NCBI RefSeq assembly: GCF_009914755.1
Contig: NC_060929.1
DNA length: 64,000 nucleotides
Reading direction: 5' to 3' (one strand)
Source of the DNA: the human T2T-CHM13v2.0 reference genome, Homo sapiens
The position numbers were made by a program, and so were the translations under genes. Under the pieces are notes generated by a model, which did no database searches, was not told the DNA's origin, and saw only the letters and a program-made list of their open reading frames with translations. This document shows, in pieces, positions 40,959-56,912 of the stretch. Every line of letters starts with the position of its first letter. The first letter of the stretch is position 1.

Positions 40959-43349
40959 TTGAGATCTGTACTCCTAAGCATCTTCGCTAGGGTAGAGGAT
41001 TGTTTGTCATGTGCAATTTTTTGTTTCTGCCTTTTGCTTTTTCTTATTTAAATTCTTAAAGTGGGATCTAACTGGGAGGGATAAAAGATACGAGGATGTA
41101 GTTTATTGGAGAAATTGTTTTAAATATTAGCAGGTAAGTAAAAAGGTAATGTGCAATAAAATACTGGTTTTTACTTGTTCTGTCAAAACCTCTGGGTGTT
41201 GTTGAAAAAGCATGAACTGAGGATCCAGGAGTTTGACGTTACAGATGGCAGTTATGGGCCCTGCTTGTAAAATCAGATAATGAATTGGTGCATCGAAAAA
41301 CTCTTTTAAGTCTAAGATTCTTTCATCTTCAAGCCTAAATTCCAATCTTTATTACATAGAGCTACCATCTTCCACTACTTTTGAAAGACTCTCCTTAGAT
41401 CCATGAACTTGGGAGTTCAGACCAGACTCTATCTGTTCTTAGCTCATTGCAGACATTTCAGAAGGAAAAGGATGGTAATGGAGTGATTGGGAAGTGTAGA
41501 TACAAGAATGACCTTATTAAATGGTTCCAGTTATAGGAGTAAACAAATATATGAACAGAATACAGGATTAGGTAGATATGGAGCAACTGACAGCTGCTTT
41601 GGGAACTCCTTTAGAAGTTGTTGGCTATTGGGAGATGTCTTTGGTTGGGCCAGATGCTTTCAGAGGAAAAAGAGGTGAAAGTAACCATTTTGTTAGAAAA
41701 TTATTGAGGTGCAATAAAATAATTTTTAGATTCTGGTTTCAAAGTTGTGACTTTAAGAACCATGCATCACACTGTTCATATAATATATACCAAACACATA
41801 TTTGACTGACCTGAGTTTCTGGCAAAGCACCTCAATGTAATTAATTGTAAGTCAGCATATCCCAAAATTCTGAAGGCTTTTTTTTTTCTCTGAATAGGAA
41901 TTCAGAGCTTGCTCCAGGGATGTGAGGACAAAAGATGAGTATGACTTTTAAAAGGAATTCAGAACTTGCTCTAGATTTTGCTTTCTTCTCATGTCCACCT
42001 TCTTTCACTTTCACTTATGCTTCTTGACAATATTTTCTGCCTGCTACATGGCATTTATTATGTACAGCACATACTAACAGTACTCTGCAATCTACTTAAG
42101 CTTTGCTCTTTCCACGTTTTTTTGGTACTACTCATTAGATCCTTGAGCCAATCATCCATGTCTGTTTGTACTAGATTGTTTCCCTTAGAACTCTGCAAGT
42201 CACAAAGTGAAACTGATTAGGATTTTACAGTCCTGGTGATTTTCCTTCTGGTATACCACTGAGAAAATGCTGTCGCACAAGGGGCTGATGAATCATTTTG
42301 CAGGATTTCTGTTTGCTATTTTCTATTTGAAAAATTAGGTACGTTCACGAACATGGGAATGTCTCCTAATATCATGAGGACAATACGACCATAAAATAAA
42401 ATAATCAGTGTTGGTTTGGGTCTCAGATAAATGTAATATATTGTACTTTTTAGCAAATTGAGTTTTCCAGAGAACATTCATTCATGTAAATTTCACTCCT
42501 ATAAATTTTAATTGCTTGTATTGGAAGCTGACTAAAATTACTCAGCACCTGCTGTTATGTGTCTGGCATTGTCCTGGGGTCCTTGCACCTGTTAAGCCAT
42601 TAAATCATCACAGCAGGCTCTTAAGGTAGGTATGGATTCTTCCATTTTACTAAATAGAGATTGAGTCTGTGAGTGTTTAACCAACTTTTCTTATGCCTCC
42701 CAGCTAGTAAGCCTCAAAGCTGCATTGGACTCCTATTTGTCTGTCTTGAACTACAACAGGCCCTCTAACTGGAGGTAGACAAAGGAATGAATTAAGGCCT
42801 CATTTTGGATTCAGACATTGATTTAGATGAAAAATGAAGCAATTGCCATTGGTTGAGATGGTAGGCTGTTGGGAATTAATTCAGCTTAGTACTGAGTATA
42901 ATCTCTGGCATTGCCAAGCTTCTGTCACATAGCACTGCCAGATCAGAAGGGTGCCTTGATCATCAGTTTTATTTCTACATAGTACCATTCGACAGTATAA
43001 AGGAATGGATCACGGGAAAATGAATTCATATGGGGTCATAGTGTACATTTCCCCCCAGCTTGTTTTGGGGCACCATTGTCATGGATATTTTATCTTCTAA
43101 TGTTTGGCATGTTGATTCAGGGCCATGATTTCCAAAGCTGCTCTATTGGCTGAGGTCCAACATCTGCCATTTGTTCCTGCATTCTTATTCCCAATACATA
43201 CCTTTTCACTGATATGTGCTCATATTTTACTACTATGATAGCTTCTTAATCTGATCTCTCTTTTCTTCAATCTATCCTAAATATTAGCTATCAGAGTATA
43301 TTGTTCAAAATACTAATCTGCCTGGAAATACTGTTATGCTTCATAATCT

Positions 43350-43722
43350 CTGATTCCATTTATGTATTATTCTTGAAATGATAAAAAATTTAGAGCTAGG
43401 GAACTGATTAGTGGCTGTTGGGCTTAAGGATGCTTGGGTGAAGGGAGATGGATATGTCTCTAAAAAAGGTAGCACAAGGGAAATTTTTGTGTGATCAAAT
43501 AGTTCTGTATTTTGTTTGCTATAATGGGTATGTGATGCACATGTGATAAAGTAACATAGAACTATACTCAAACTTTGCACTAATGTCAGTTTCCAGGATT
43601 TGATATTCTACTGTAGGTACATAACATGTAAGCAATGGAGGAAACTGGGTAATATACATGACACTTTTGTACAGTCTTTTCAACTTTATGTGAGTCTATA
43701 TTATATAAAAAGTAAAAAAAAA
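43350..43722 (+). mobile_element. L1MC/L1MD-like 3' end
   Basis: ttccatttatgtattattcttgaaatga...atagttctgtattttg...ggaggaaactgggt...A tail. Confidence 0.7.
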
Positions 43723-43931
43723 TACTACTGTGCTTTAAAATGTTCAAGTTCCTTTGTCTGTCATATTTATGTATCATATTCTCTGGTTCCCTCTAAATTA
43801 ACCATCCAAAGGTGTTACCTCTGATATATATATTTTTTTCTGTTTAAATCTTATTTGGCATTAACACAATGTTTGGCTCATACCAGGTTACCAAAAAGTG
43901 TTCCTTGAATTAAAACTGGGATTAATGGTTT

Positions 43932-44199
43932 TAATCCCAGTGCTTTAGAAGGCTGAGGCAGGAAGATCACTTGAGGCCAGATGTTTGAGATCAGCCTGGG
44001 CAATATAACAAGACCCCTGTCTCTATCAAAAATAAAATAAATTAGCTGTATGTGGTGGTGCAAATCTGTAGTCCAATCTACCCAGGAGGCTGCAGGGGGC
44101 AGTTGCTTGACCCCAGGAGTTTGAGGTTACAGTGAGCTATGATTATGCCATTGTACTCCAGCCTGGGCAACAGAGCAAGACCTCATCTCTAAAAAAAAT
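43932..44199 (+). mobile_element. Alu (AluJ-type), slightly 5'-truncated
   Basis: taatcccagtgctttagaaggctgaggcaggaagatcacttgaggcc...gaggttacagtgagctatgatt. Confidence 0.9.
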
Positions 44200-44893
44200 T
44201 TTTTTTAAATGGAAAAAATTTGCTTTATGAAATAAAAATGTATCAAACTTGGTCTGTTTACTAATCATACTTCTTTTCTACTCATCTACTTATTCAGTTG
44301 TGGTTTTTTTTTTTGTTTTGTTTTGTTTTTTTTTTTTTTTTTTTGTCTCTTCCTAATCTCTTTCCAAGTACTGAGCAGCATGCCAGGGATTTGACTGGTG
44401 GAGTTGGGAACTCTTTTCAAGGACTTAAGACTCAAATGTCATAAGGGCAAGATGAGCCAGGGAACCCAGGGTATAAGCTATGCTGACTCATGTTCATCCA
44501 TTCATTCAAATTTATTGAGATTTGTGTTATAGCTCAGTATATGATCTATCTTGATATTCTGCAGTTGTAGTGTTCTATGAAAATCAGTTTCAAATATTCT
44601 GTGTTTTTAATTTTTTTTTCTTTTTGGTCTGGTTCCATTAATTACTCAAATTATGATTGTTGAGTTGTTCATTTTTCCTCTATTTCTGTCAGGTTTTGCT
44701 TCATATATTATGAGGCTTTGTTATTAGGTACATACACATTTATGATTGGTATGACTTCTTCCTGACGAACTGACACGTTTATCATTACGAATGATCTCTT
44801 TATATCTTTAGTCCTCAGTCTTCTGATGCTTATTGTTTGCATGGTGTATCTTTTCCATTCTTTACTTAAATCTATATGTGTCTCTATATTTAA

Positions 44894-45121
<228 letters not shown>

Positions 45122-47310
45122 TAGACCTTGCTTTTTTATCCATTCTGGTAATCTTTTCCTTTTATTCAGTGTGTCTTGTTCCGTTAACATTCAATGAAGT
45201 TATTGATATGATTAGATTCAGGCTCTATTTACTTTTTGTTTTCTATTTGTTCCTTCTGTTTTTTGTTCCTCCTTTCCTGCTTTCTTTTGGATTAAATGAT
45301 CCAAAATGATTTTTAGAATTATTGTGTAATTTATCTATTAGCTTTTTAAGCAGTTTGTGTGTGTGTGTGTGTACATGCTATAGGGATATTTCCTTTTCTG
45401 ATAGTTATTATTTAGGGTTAATATATCATTTTACATCATATGTAAGGATTTTGCAACTTCATTTTACATAATATGCAAGGACCTTGCAACTGTTTAAGAC
45501 CATCCTACCCCTCCCTGTTACAACGCTGTAATCATATGTGTGTGAAGTGCTATAATTTTACTTTTTAACAGTCGAATGTATTTTTAAAGCATTAAAAAAA
45601 TAGTGTTTTATATTTACAGTTTTCGGTGCTTTTCATTCTTTTGACTTTCCGTCTGGTATTATTCATCCAGAAGAGCTTTGTTTAAGACTTCTTATACTGC
45701 AGGTCTGCTGGGGACCAATTTTCACAATTTTCTTTTATCTGAAAGTTGTTTTATTTTTCCTTTGTTTTTGGTGGATCTGTATATATAATATATGGGCTGA
45801 ATAGAGAATTCTGGCTGAACAGTTGTCTCCTCCCCTCCCCAAAAGTCAACATTGGTTCTTATCACTGTTTCCTTGTGTGTAATATGTCGTTTTATTTTTC
45901 TCTGACTTCTTTTAGAATGTTTCCTTACATTTGGTTTTCAGCAGTTTGACTGCATGTACCTAGGTGTAATTTGCTTTGTGCTTTCCTGTTTCAGATTTTC
46001 TGAGCTTCTTTATTCAACACATCTTTGTCTTTCACTCAAATTGGGAAATTTTTAGCTCTTCTTGATATTTTCTGCATTATTCTTTCTTTCTTCAGCCTTC
46101 TAAAACTCTAATATACAAATGTTTGCTCTTTTGCTAGTGCCCCATAAGTCACTGATAGTCTGTTTTTGTTTGTTTCTGTCTTCTTCAGATTGGTTTTTCC
46201 TTTACATCCTTAAGTATACTTATGATAACTGTTTTAACATTATGGTGGGCTAATCCCAACACTTGGATCTTCTTTTCTCTTGAAAATAGGTTACATTTTT
46301 CTGTTTGTACATATATTAAGTGATTTCTGATTATATTGGATTCACCCTGTGAATGATGCTTTGAGTAGATTCTGTCTTCTATATGTTCCTTTAAAGAGAA
46401 TTAGTTTTTTTTGTCTTAACAGGCAGATAATTGGCTGAACACAAACTAAAATTTGACTTTTCTGTGGCAGGTGGCAGCTTCACTGATGCAGTCAGATAGC
46501 TAATGTTAAACATGTGCTGTGTGTCATGCACCAAAGTAAATGATGACACTGCAAATATAAATAGACGTAGATCTTAACCTCATGGGGCTTGCTATCTAGT
46601 TGACAGAGATAAAAAATGAACAGATAAATATGTTCAATTTTCGTATGTCATATGAGGTAAGTACATAGAGGCAGCAGGGTTACTGAGAAGTGAGTTGTGC
46701 AATTGTTAAAATATAATTTAAAAATTATTTTGAAACAACTCAATCCTTATGAAAATAGAATAAAGTTTATTTATATATACGTGTGTGTGCGTGCATGATG
46801 AAAGATTGATAATATTACTTATACTTCCATTATATTTTGTTAATTCTTTTAGAAAAAAACCAACATTATCAAAAGTACTTCATATTTTGGGGAAACTATT
46901 AAAATGTTTAAATTCTTGGGTGCTGTACTAAATAAGAGAAATACTTTTTTGGTAAGAAAAGATGATTTGATGAAATCTGAGCAAAGAAAACAAATGATCA
47001 TATAATAGGAAAAATAGACCTTGTTGAAATAAAAGACCTGTCTATACTAAAAGAAATATCCCTGTTGGGAGAAAGATATTTCAAAACTGTTAGACTAAGA
47101 CCCATTTAGACTAATGGAAAGTATATTTTAAAAACCTGTGTTTCTTATGGCGGATATAAAAGTGGTTTTCTAATCTGTTTTGGAAGTTTCCTGTTTATAC
47201 TTACATCTTTATAACTGAATGGGTAACATGGGTTTGGTTTGTCTTTTTTTTATAAAAGCCTGTCTACCTTAGCAATAACTTGAGCCTTTTTTGTTTGTTT
47301 GTTTTAACAG

Positions 47311-47348
47311 TGTATCCTACTCAGTACATGTATCTGAAGATTACCCAG
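47311..47348 (+). CDS. PARP8: PARP8 coding exon (38 nt; (S)VSYSVHVSEDYP(D)), first exon after the very long intron
   Basis: Polypyrimidine tract ...ttgtttgttttaacAG | TGTATCC...TACCCAG | GTatgc. Phase 2 in, phase 1 out; joins in frame with the next exon (G|AT=Asp). Peptide matches the remembered PARP8 N-terminus. Confidence 0.93.
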
Positions 47349-50300
47349 GTATGCTTTTCTTGTTTTATTACAGATATTCGTATCAGGGTTCCTTTGAATA
47401 TTTTTTTCTTCTGGAGATGTAAAACGCATATAAATATATTGAGGGGTGAAACACTGGTAGAGGAGGCCTTAAAGCTATAGAAGAATTCTGCTTACTGCCT
47501 GCAAAGTACATGTCTTACTCTGAGACACAGTGCAGAATCAAAATAATTTCCCAATGAAAAGTTCTTTAAAGATCCCTATGATAGTTCCAGCCTGTGCATT
47601 TACATCATTACAATTAAAATAAAGAGATCAATGGTCTAATTGTTAGTTTTGAACATCATTTGGCCTTTCATAATGTAAAAATAATAGGTAACATTTATTT
47701 GTTTCAGTCAGTTTTCTAAGTGTGTGTGTGTATCTATTTTTTCTTTTTAGTATTAAAAAATAGTAATTAGTTCATAGTTTGGTATGGAGATAATGTAAAA
47801 CTTACTTGTTTAGCATTTAAGTATTTTCTGCGGCAGTTTGCATTAAGCATTTAACCATTTTATAAGATCGTTACATTTGAAAATACTTTCTTAAATCACA
47901 AACTTCCTTACAATTATTTTGCTATGCTCTCCATATGTTTTAAGAATAGTATTCTATAAAACTATTGTACAGTTATACAATGAAGTTATTCATTAAGGCT
48001 ATGCCTATTTTTAATAGTAATACAAAAAGTGTTCTAGAGAAATTTTACTGGAAGAACCAATACAAGAAGTATTTATAAGAAAAATACTTTTTATAGATGG
48101 TTATGCAGTCAGCCCTGTCTGATAGTGTAGCATGTTTTTGATGCTATGTTTGCCAAGTATGTTATGAAATAAAAGCCCCACTATTTATTGTAAATACAAA
48201 AATTAATGTGCTTCTCATCTGAGTCAGATCATAGAGATGTCAGCCATGAGAAGTACAGGACTTGGTCAAGGTAATAGAAATAATAGTACAAATTAAAGCC
48301 CAGGTTGAAGACACTAAGTGAATTAATCTGTAGCACAGGATGTATGGTAGAAGATGCCTTTAGTAAACCAAGTGGGCCAAGTGTTTAGCTCCCTCTTGTG
48401 GCCAAGAGGTATTACTTGGGCTTTTTCACACTTTACGGGAGCCCCACCTGGAAATGCCAATATACAAACATTGAAATTCTAAAAAAAGTATTGATTATCA
48501 TTTGTGCTCTTTTTACTGAATTCTCTAACTGGAGCAAGTTTGCAATGAATTTTCAATATAACTTAATTTCCAAAAGGAAGGAGTGTAAGTATATATATTT
48601 AATCTGTTTGGTGAAAGTAGGTTGTTATGCTGCAATAAAATATGATCACAGAAGACGGAGATTAGTGCATTCTGGTTTAAATACCGGGGCAGAATTTTCA
48701 GTTGGCTGATGTAACCAGTATATCAAAATACACTGTCCAGTGCGCAGTATACCAAGTATTTGCACATACATAATTTCATTTGATTCTCAATGCCGGTCTG
48801 TAGGAAAGGCAGAACAGGGCAGTTTATAATATAAATTCATACTTAGAGAAGTGTGCTGAGAGATGGTAAGTATTAAATAACATTTTCCCAAAACATGTAG
48901 TTTGGTGATAAAATCAAGTCTGTAATTCAGTTCTGATTCCCGTTGCCTCTGGGGAAGTAGTGTTAGTATTTTTATGGAGCTTTCTTCACAGTGAAATTAA
49001 TATGATAATGTTTTCCCCATTATTAAATTTTAATCCACATTTATTTGTACTAAGAGTTGTTGGTTAATATGCTTGACTTTTTAGGTAGACATCTTGTTTT
49101 ATAACTTACGTGTTTGTTCTTCCTTTCCAACATTTATACCTGTTCTTGTTGGCACTGGAATAATTTTTAATAATAGATATGAAAGTTGGCAGCTTTGTCC
49201 CTTTTTTCAAAATTAGTGAGCATGCTTCCAGTTGTTTTCAGAAAGGAAATTACTCTTTTTCTCATTTACCAAGCTTTTTTTTTAAAAAAATGAATATTAA
49301 ATCTTTATCAAACTATTGTTTGGCATCTGTTGAGGTGTCATATCTACTTTTTCCTTTAAACAATAAAGTAACAAATTGTATTAGCAAATAACTCAATGTT
49401 GAGCTATGAGAATTATGTGTTTTGTCATATACTTTAGCATTAAAGACCTTAAGTTGCTGAATGAATTAAACAACTCTTTGAGCATTTGCTAGAACTTGCA
49501 AACAAATCTGTCTGAGCTTTTTAGGGATGGTTCTGGGTCAGTTGTCTTATTTTTCTGCCATGATTATTATCTCTTCTGTTTTTCTGTTTCTTAGTCATTT
49601 TAAAATATGTCTTCTTACTGAAAGTTTCTATGTTGGTGAAATGTCCAAACTTTTTAGCAAAAGTATAGTATTTGGTCCGTAATTGTAAAATTCTTCCATG
49701 TCTCTGGTTATTTCTCCTGGCCCATTTTTATTGTTCATATTTGTTCTTGTTCTTCCGTCCGTTGGTTTGTCTTCCAAATAGTTTAGCCATTTAAAAGATT
49801 CTTTCAAACAAATAGCTCTCTTTAATGTTGCATTCAATTTCTAAATGCAGTAATCTTGATACTACATTTATGAATTCTTTCTAATAATATACCTTAGGCT
49901 TCCCCTCTGCCTACTTTTCCTGGATTATTTGGATCAGTTATTAAGTAATCATCTAAGTTTGAACATATGAAATTTTCTTTGCTCTATGAAAATATATCAG
50001 TATTATCCTCCAAAGTCAAGATTACATCATTCTAGCTTATGTCCCTAGGAACAGATTTGTCCTTTTATAATTGTGATCTATTAATTAACTTGTACCATCT
50101 ATTGAAATTTATTTCATACTTTTAGTGAAATGAAAATTTAGAGGGACTTTGTTGAGTCAGCATATATAATAGCATGTATATAAATGAAATACTAAATGAT
50201 ATGTTGACTGTTCATGATTAAGTGAAGAAATAGAGAGGCCTTGTGATTTACTTGTACTTCTTTGTAGATTTTATTTTGAAGACAGTTTTTTTTTTAATGT

Positions 50301-51271
50301 CAGAGAATGAATTACACAATAGTTGTGTATATTACAAGTCACAGGTTGGCTCTACTATAATGGCAGAGTTCTTTAATTTTCTCTTTCCACTTTTAATTAG
50401 AAAGGCTTACCTACTGTTGGGAGTGGACTCTCTTATCCCTAGTAGAGGAATGAAGGGATACTTTCTGGATCCTCTGGCACCTGTGAGTCTAAAGAGTCTT
50501 GACCTACATGATATACTTGAGCATTAGGTATAGCCTGTGAATAAACCTCTTAAGTGAGAATTAGAATACTATACAGTCTATATCAAATTATAGCCCCAAA
50601 AATATAATTGTTTTTATACCTAATAAACATTTATATTTTATAAGACATTGCAACTTTTTAGTGACAATACTTTCCATATTTGAAAAAGGACATGGTATAG
50701 TGACAAATCATTGATTTTTGGATTCAGGCAGATTCAAGTTTTACCACTTACTAGTGTATAGTTAGTTAATTAATAGTATTTAATTTCTCTGAGCCTTAGT
50801 TTCCTAGTATTTAAAATAGGGATAATAATTGACTGCTATAGGGGATGAGGTGAAATTATGTAGAAAATTCAGCAAAAATATCCAGAATGTAACATGAAAT
50901 CAATATAATTTTTTTAGAGTTATAATTATTATTTATCTTAAGTTACATCAGTGAGGGATGGAATGACTTGACTTAAATGGTGCTGTATTTGGAGCAGAAT
51001 AAAAGCAACAGTTTAAGAAATACTTTTGCACAGTTCTATTCATCTCTCCCCAAGTCTCAAGTGTTCATGAAAGTTCTGGTAATGCTTTGCATAGTGTTAG
51101 AGAAGTGAAGAGAAAATATCTTGCTGTTAACAGCCTTAACAAAGATCTGTAGGTCCTCTATAAAACATACACATTAAAAATCTAACTGTCCCCAGAGGTT
51201 TTCAGAAAAAAAAAAAAGAGCTTAGAAGTCAAGATGGAGAATTCCAGTGAAGGAATTTGAGTTTGAAAACA

Positions 51272-53537
<2,266 letters not shown>

Positions 53538-53809
53538 TCTTATTCTATTACTTTAAGTCCTTTCTTTAACCCTTTTTACGCTCCACATTCTTCTCTAAAC
53601 AAATTTTTTTTTACAAATGTCAAAATAATTTGAGGAAGATTTAGAAGTAATTAAGCAAGAACAAAAAGCCAACAGAATGGATTCATACAGATGGGATGAT
53701 CATCAAAGATCATGAGCAAACCTCTCATTTTATAGCTAAAACTGTGGCTTAGGCTAAAGGAGATCAATAGCTAGTCTGCAGTAGTGTCTAGATTTTTCTT
53801 AATCTTAAA

Positions 53810-54390
53810 ATATTTAATTGTCAAATAAAGCTTGATTATAGTCAAGGTATACAACAGGATGATTTGATATATGTATACATGTGTAGTAATTACCACGATC
53901 AAATTAATTAACATATCCATCACCACCCATGTTATACATTAGGTCCCAGAACGTGTTCATTTTATAGCTTTAACTGAAAGTTTGTACCCTTTAGCTAACA
54001 TCTTGCTGTGTCCCCCAGCCCCTGGCCACCATTGTTCTTATTCTCTGCTTATACTAGTTCAACTTACTTAGATTCCGTATAGAAGTGAAATCATGCAGTA
54101 TTTATCTTTCTGTGTTGTCTGGCTTATTTCACTTGGCATAACGTCCTCCATGTTCATCCATGTTGTTGCAGATGGCAGGATTTCATTCTTTTTCAGTTGC
54201 TGAATGTAGTATTTTGTTGTATATGTGTACCTCAGTTTCTTTATGCAACCATCCATTGATGAACACTTAGAACTTAAGAAGTTGTTTCCACTTCTTAGCT
54301 ATTGTGAATACTGCCACAATGCACATGGTGGTGGAGATATTGCTTCAAGATCCTGGTTCCATTTCCTGTGGATCTCAAAAGGATTGCTGA
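53810..54390 (-). mobile_element. L1MA-type 3' end
   Basis: aaggtatacaacaggatgatttgatat...atcatgcagtatttatctttctgtg; ORF 54068..54256 contains KNEILPSATTWMNMEDVM. Confidence 0.85.
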
Positions 54391-56258
54391 AATGGGTAAA
54401 GTAGAAGAAATAGATAAATTCCTAGAGACCTATCAAGACTGAATCATAAAAAAAAACAGGCCAATAATCAGTAAGGAGATCAAATTAGTAATCAAAAATC
54501 TTCCAAAAAGAGAACAGAGTGCTTTGAATTCAGAGTGAAGTGAATTCTGTCAAATAATTGAACCAGTTTTCTAGGTTTGATGTGCTTTCTTTCCTGTTCT
54601 ATGTTTCTGATCATAGATTGGGTCTATCTCTGTGATCTGATCTGGCCTATTATGTAATAACGGCAATTTAATAAATAATGTCATAAAACCTGGAAACATT
54701 TTTATTTGGGGTAAATTAAGCCAAAATAGGAAATTACATGGGTTCTAATTCCTAAACACTAATCAAAATACAAACTATACAAAATCTTTCAGAAAATGAT
54801 ACGTTTGAAGGCATAATGCTGTCTAGCCTATGCAACTTATAGTCACCAAATTATATTCTCTTGAATCAAATCTCACTGTCTTCCAGTGTCGACACTTTAT
54901 GTAAGCCATTTTGATAGAAAATCCTTTCTATTTAGTTATTCACTCCCCTGTTTTCTTAAACATAATGTCTTAATTACTTACCTCTTGGTGTTTTAGTAAA
55001 ATCTTCGTCATTCTATGATACTGTAAAATTGCATGATGCTATCCACCTTACGGATTCTTCTGGATCTTCCCTTCTACTTGGTGGCCAGCTTTTGTTTCTG
55101 TTGGTCTAATGGTGCCTTCTAATACTCTTTTTCTCCTAAATGTTAGCTCCAGGGACTCCATTGTGCACAGGGAAAACAGATAATTAGGTTTTATATTAAG
55201 TAGCAACCGACTTCAAATCAGTGAGACTCTGAGTGAGGATTTAAGACATAATAAAAAAACATTGACTCTAATAGGCGTTTTTGATACTTACTGAAAGTAT
55301 GAGGTTACTGGCAGAAGAGACTCTAGATAAGTGATCAAAGTCTCAACTAATGAGATAATAATTAAGTTTATATTAAACCTGTTTCTTAATCTGTGGTCCC
55401 ACTCGATAAGCATGAAAACCTCACATGCTCCATGAAAATATTGGAAAACTAAATAAAGCAAAATTTGTGATTGCACTAATCCAAATAATGAGGCAAACAT
55501 CTTTTGTCTCAAATTTAATTCATATCCATTCCTGCTTAGCTCCCTGACTGTTAAAGCCTTAGGTCTGTTGAGAATCTTTTGCAGCTAACCTGTACATACA
55601 GATCACTATCATTCACTCATTACTTGAGGCTAAGAATGCTACAGATGTTTCTTTGGAAATAATGACTTAGAGATGTATTAATTAAAAATTGTGTTCTCAT
55701 TGTACCGACACAATATTATGAAAACTGGGCTCAAAAATATCTTTTAATGTGCATTCCCTGCGCCATAAGAACAACTAATTTCTCCTAGCAGAAATTGATC
55801 CATGCTTCTATTATGTGTTCGTGGTATTTTATACTATTTAGTAGGTCATTGATGAGTGCATTATAGGACCATTATTAATGAATTGATGAAGTGTGGGTCA
55901 AAAAGCTCTTCTGAGAGATGCCCTGCAATCATCAATGAGCAAAGAAAAATAAATACCTAAGAATTGTATTACCATATACTTGGAGACCTGTATTCATTAG
56001 GGAAAGAGTGCTAAACTCATAAAAATGTTATTTTTTAAAGAGGAAACAAATAGTGAATAAGAAATTTAAGGACCCTGTAGACTAACTTAGTATTTTGTGC
56101 ACTCAACTTGTATAATGCATGTAGCTAATTTAATTCATGGAAGAATGATAATTGTGAGACTTTATCAATTTAAAAATATGTATTAGAGCAATATGGAAGG
56201 TATGATTTACAACAAAGTCTTCAGCTCAAATTTTTGAATGATTTGATAATGAATCTTT

Positions 56259-56398
56259 CCTTATTTTTATTTTTTATTTTAGAGATGGGGGTTTCACCAT
56301 GTTGGCCAGGCTGGTATCAAACTCCTGACCTCGAGTGACCCGCCTGCCTAGGCCTCCCAAAGAGCTAGGACTACAGGTGTGAGCCACTGTGCCCGGCC
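56259..56398 (-). mobile_element. Alu left monomer (FLAM_C-like or solitary AluS left arm)
   Basis: T-rich tail + gagatgggggtttcaccatgttggccagg...gagccactgtgcccggcc. Confidence 0.9.
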
Positions 56399-56822
56399 CA
56401 CTAATAAATTTTTTTTTTATTGCAACAAATGCTCTTTTTCAGTTTTCTCTCTCCACTCACTAACCCTGCTTCCTATAGTAGATGCTGATATTGGGAAGGA
56501 CCTTGTCCAGTGAGTTAAGGCACCCAGTTGCATCCAAATGATTCATTGCCATAAGGGATATTACAGATGTACCTGGATAGTCTCTATTCAAAATCTGTAT
56601 TTCACCAGGAGATACAAATGTCTTTAAAGAGACTATTTACAATTACTTCACACATAAATCTGCAATTTACTTTATCATATTTTTTGAGTTTAATCAAACA
56701 GTAGTGTATGCTTTATGAGAGTTGGAACTAAAGTGATGTGCATATAAATTAGCTATTATTTTTGTAAAGGATGTATTTTTTAAACTTATGCCTTTCATTA
56801 TCTTTTTTTTTTTTTTTTGCAG

Positions 56823-56912
56823 ATAATACATATGTGTCAAGTTCAGAGAATGATGAAGATGTGCTAGTTACTACAGAGCCAATACCAGTAATTTTTCATA
56901 GAATAGCAACAG
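56823..56912 (+). CDS. PARP8: PARP8 coding exon (90 nt; (D)NTYVSSSENDEDVLVTTEPIPVIFHRIAT(E))
   Basis: T-tract+gcAG acceptor, ACAG|GTaata donor, phase 1/1. Visible inside ORF 56771..56953. Confidence 0.96.

Noticed and set aside
41896-41974. Repeat-spacer-repeat as a CRISPR-like unit
   Set aside because: Only two imperfect copies, primate intronic context, no cas genes.
42189-42338. Possible 150-nt cryptic exon (tttcccttAG ... TAG|GTACGT)
   Set aside because: Several competing acceptors and only a moderate donor; not distinguishable from background without data.
45426-45491. 33-bp imperfect tandem duplication, and similar microduplications near 5533, 16391, 35057 and 63241
   Set aside because: Common neutral slippage events with no sign of function.
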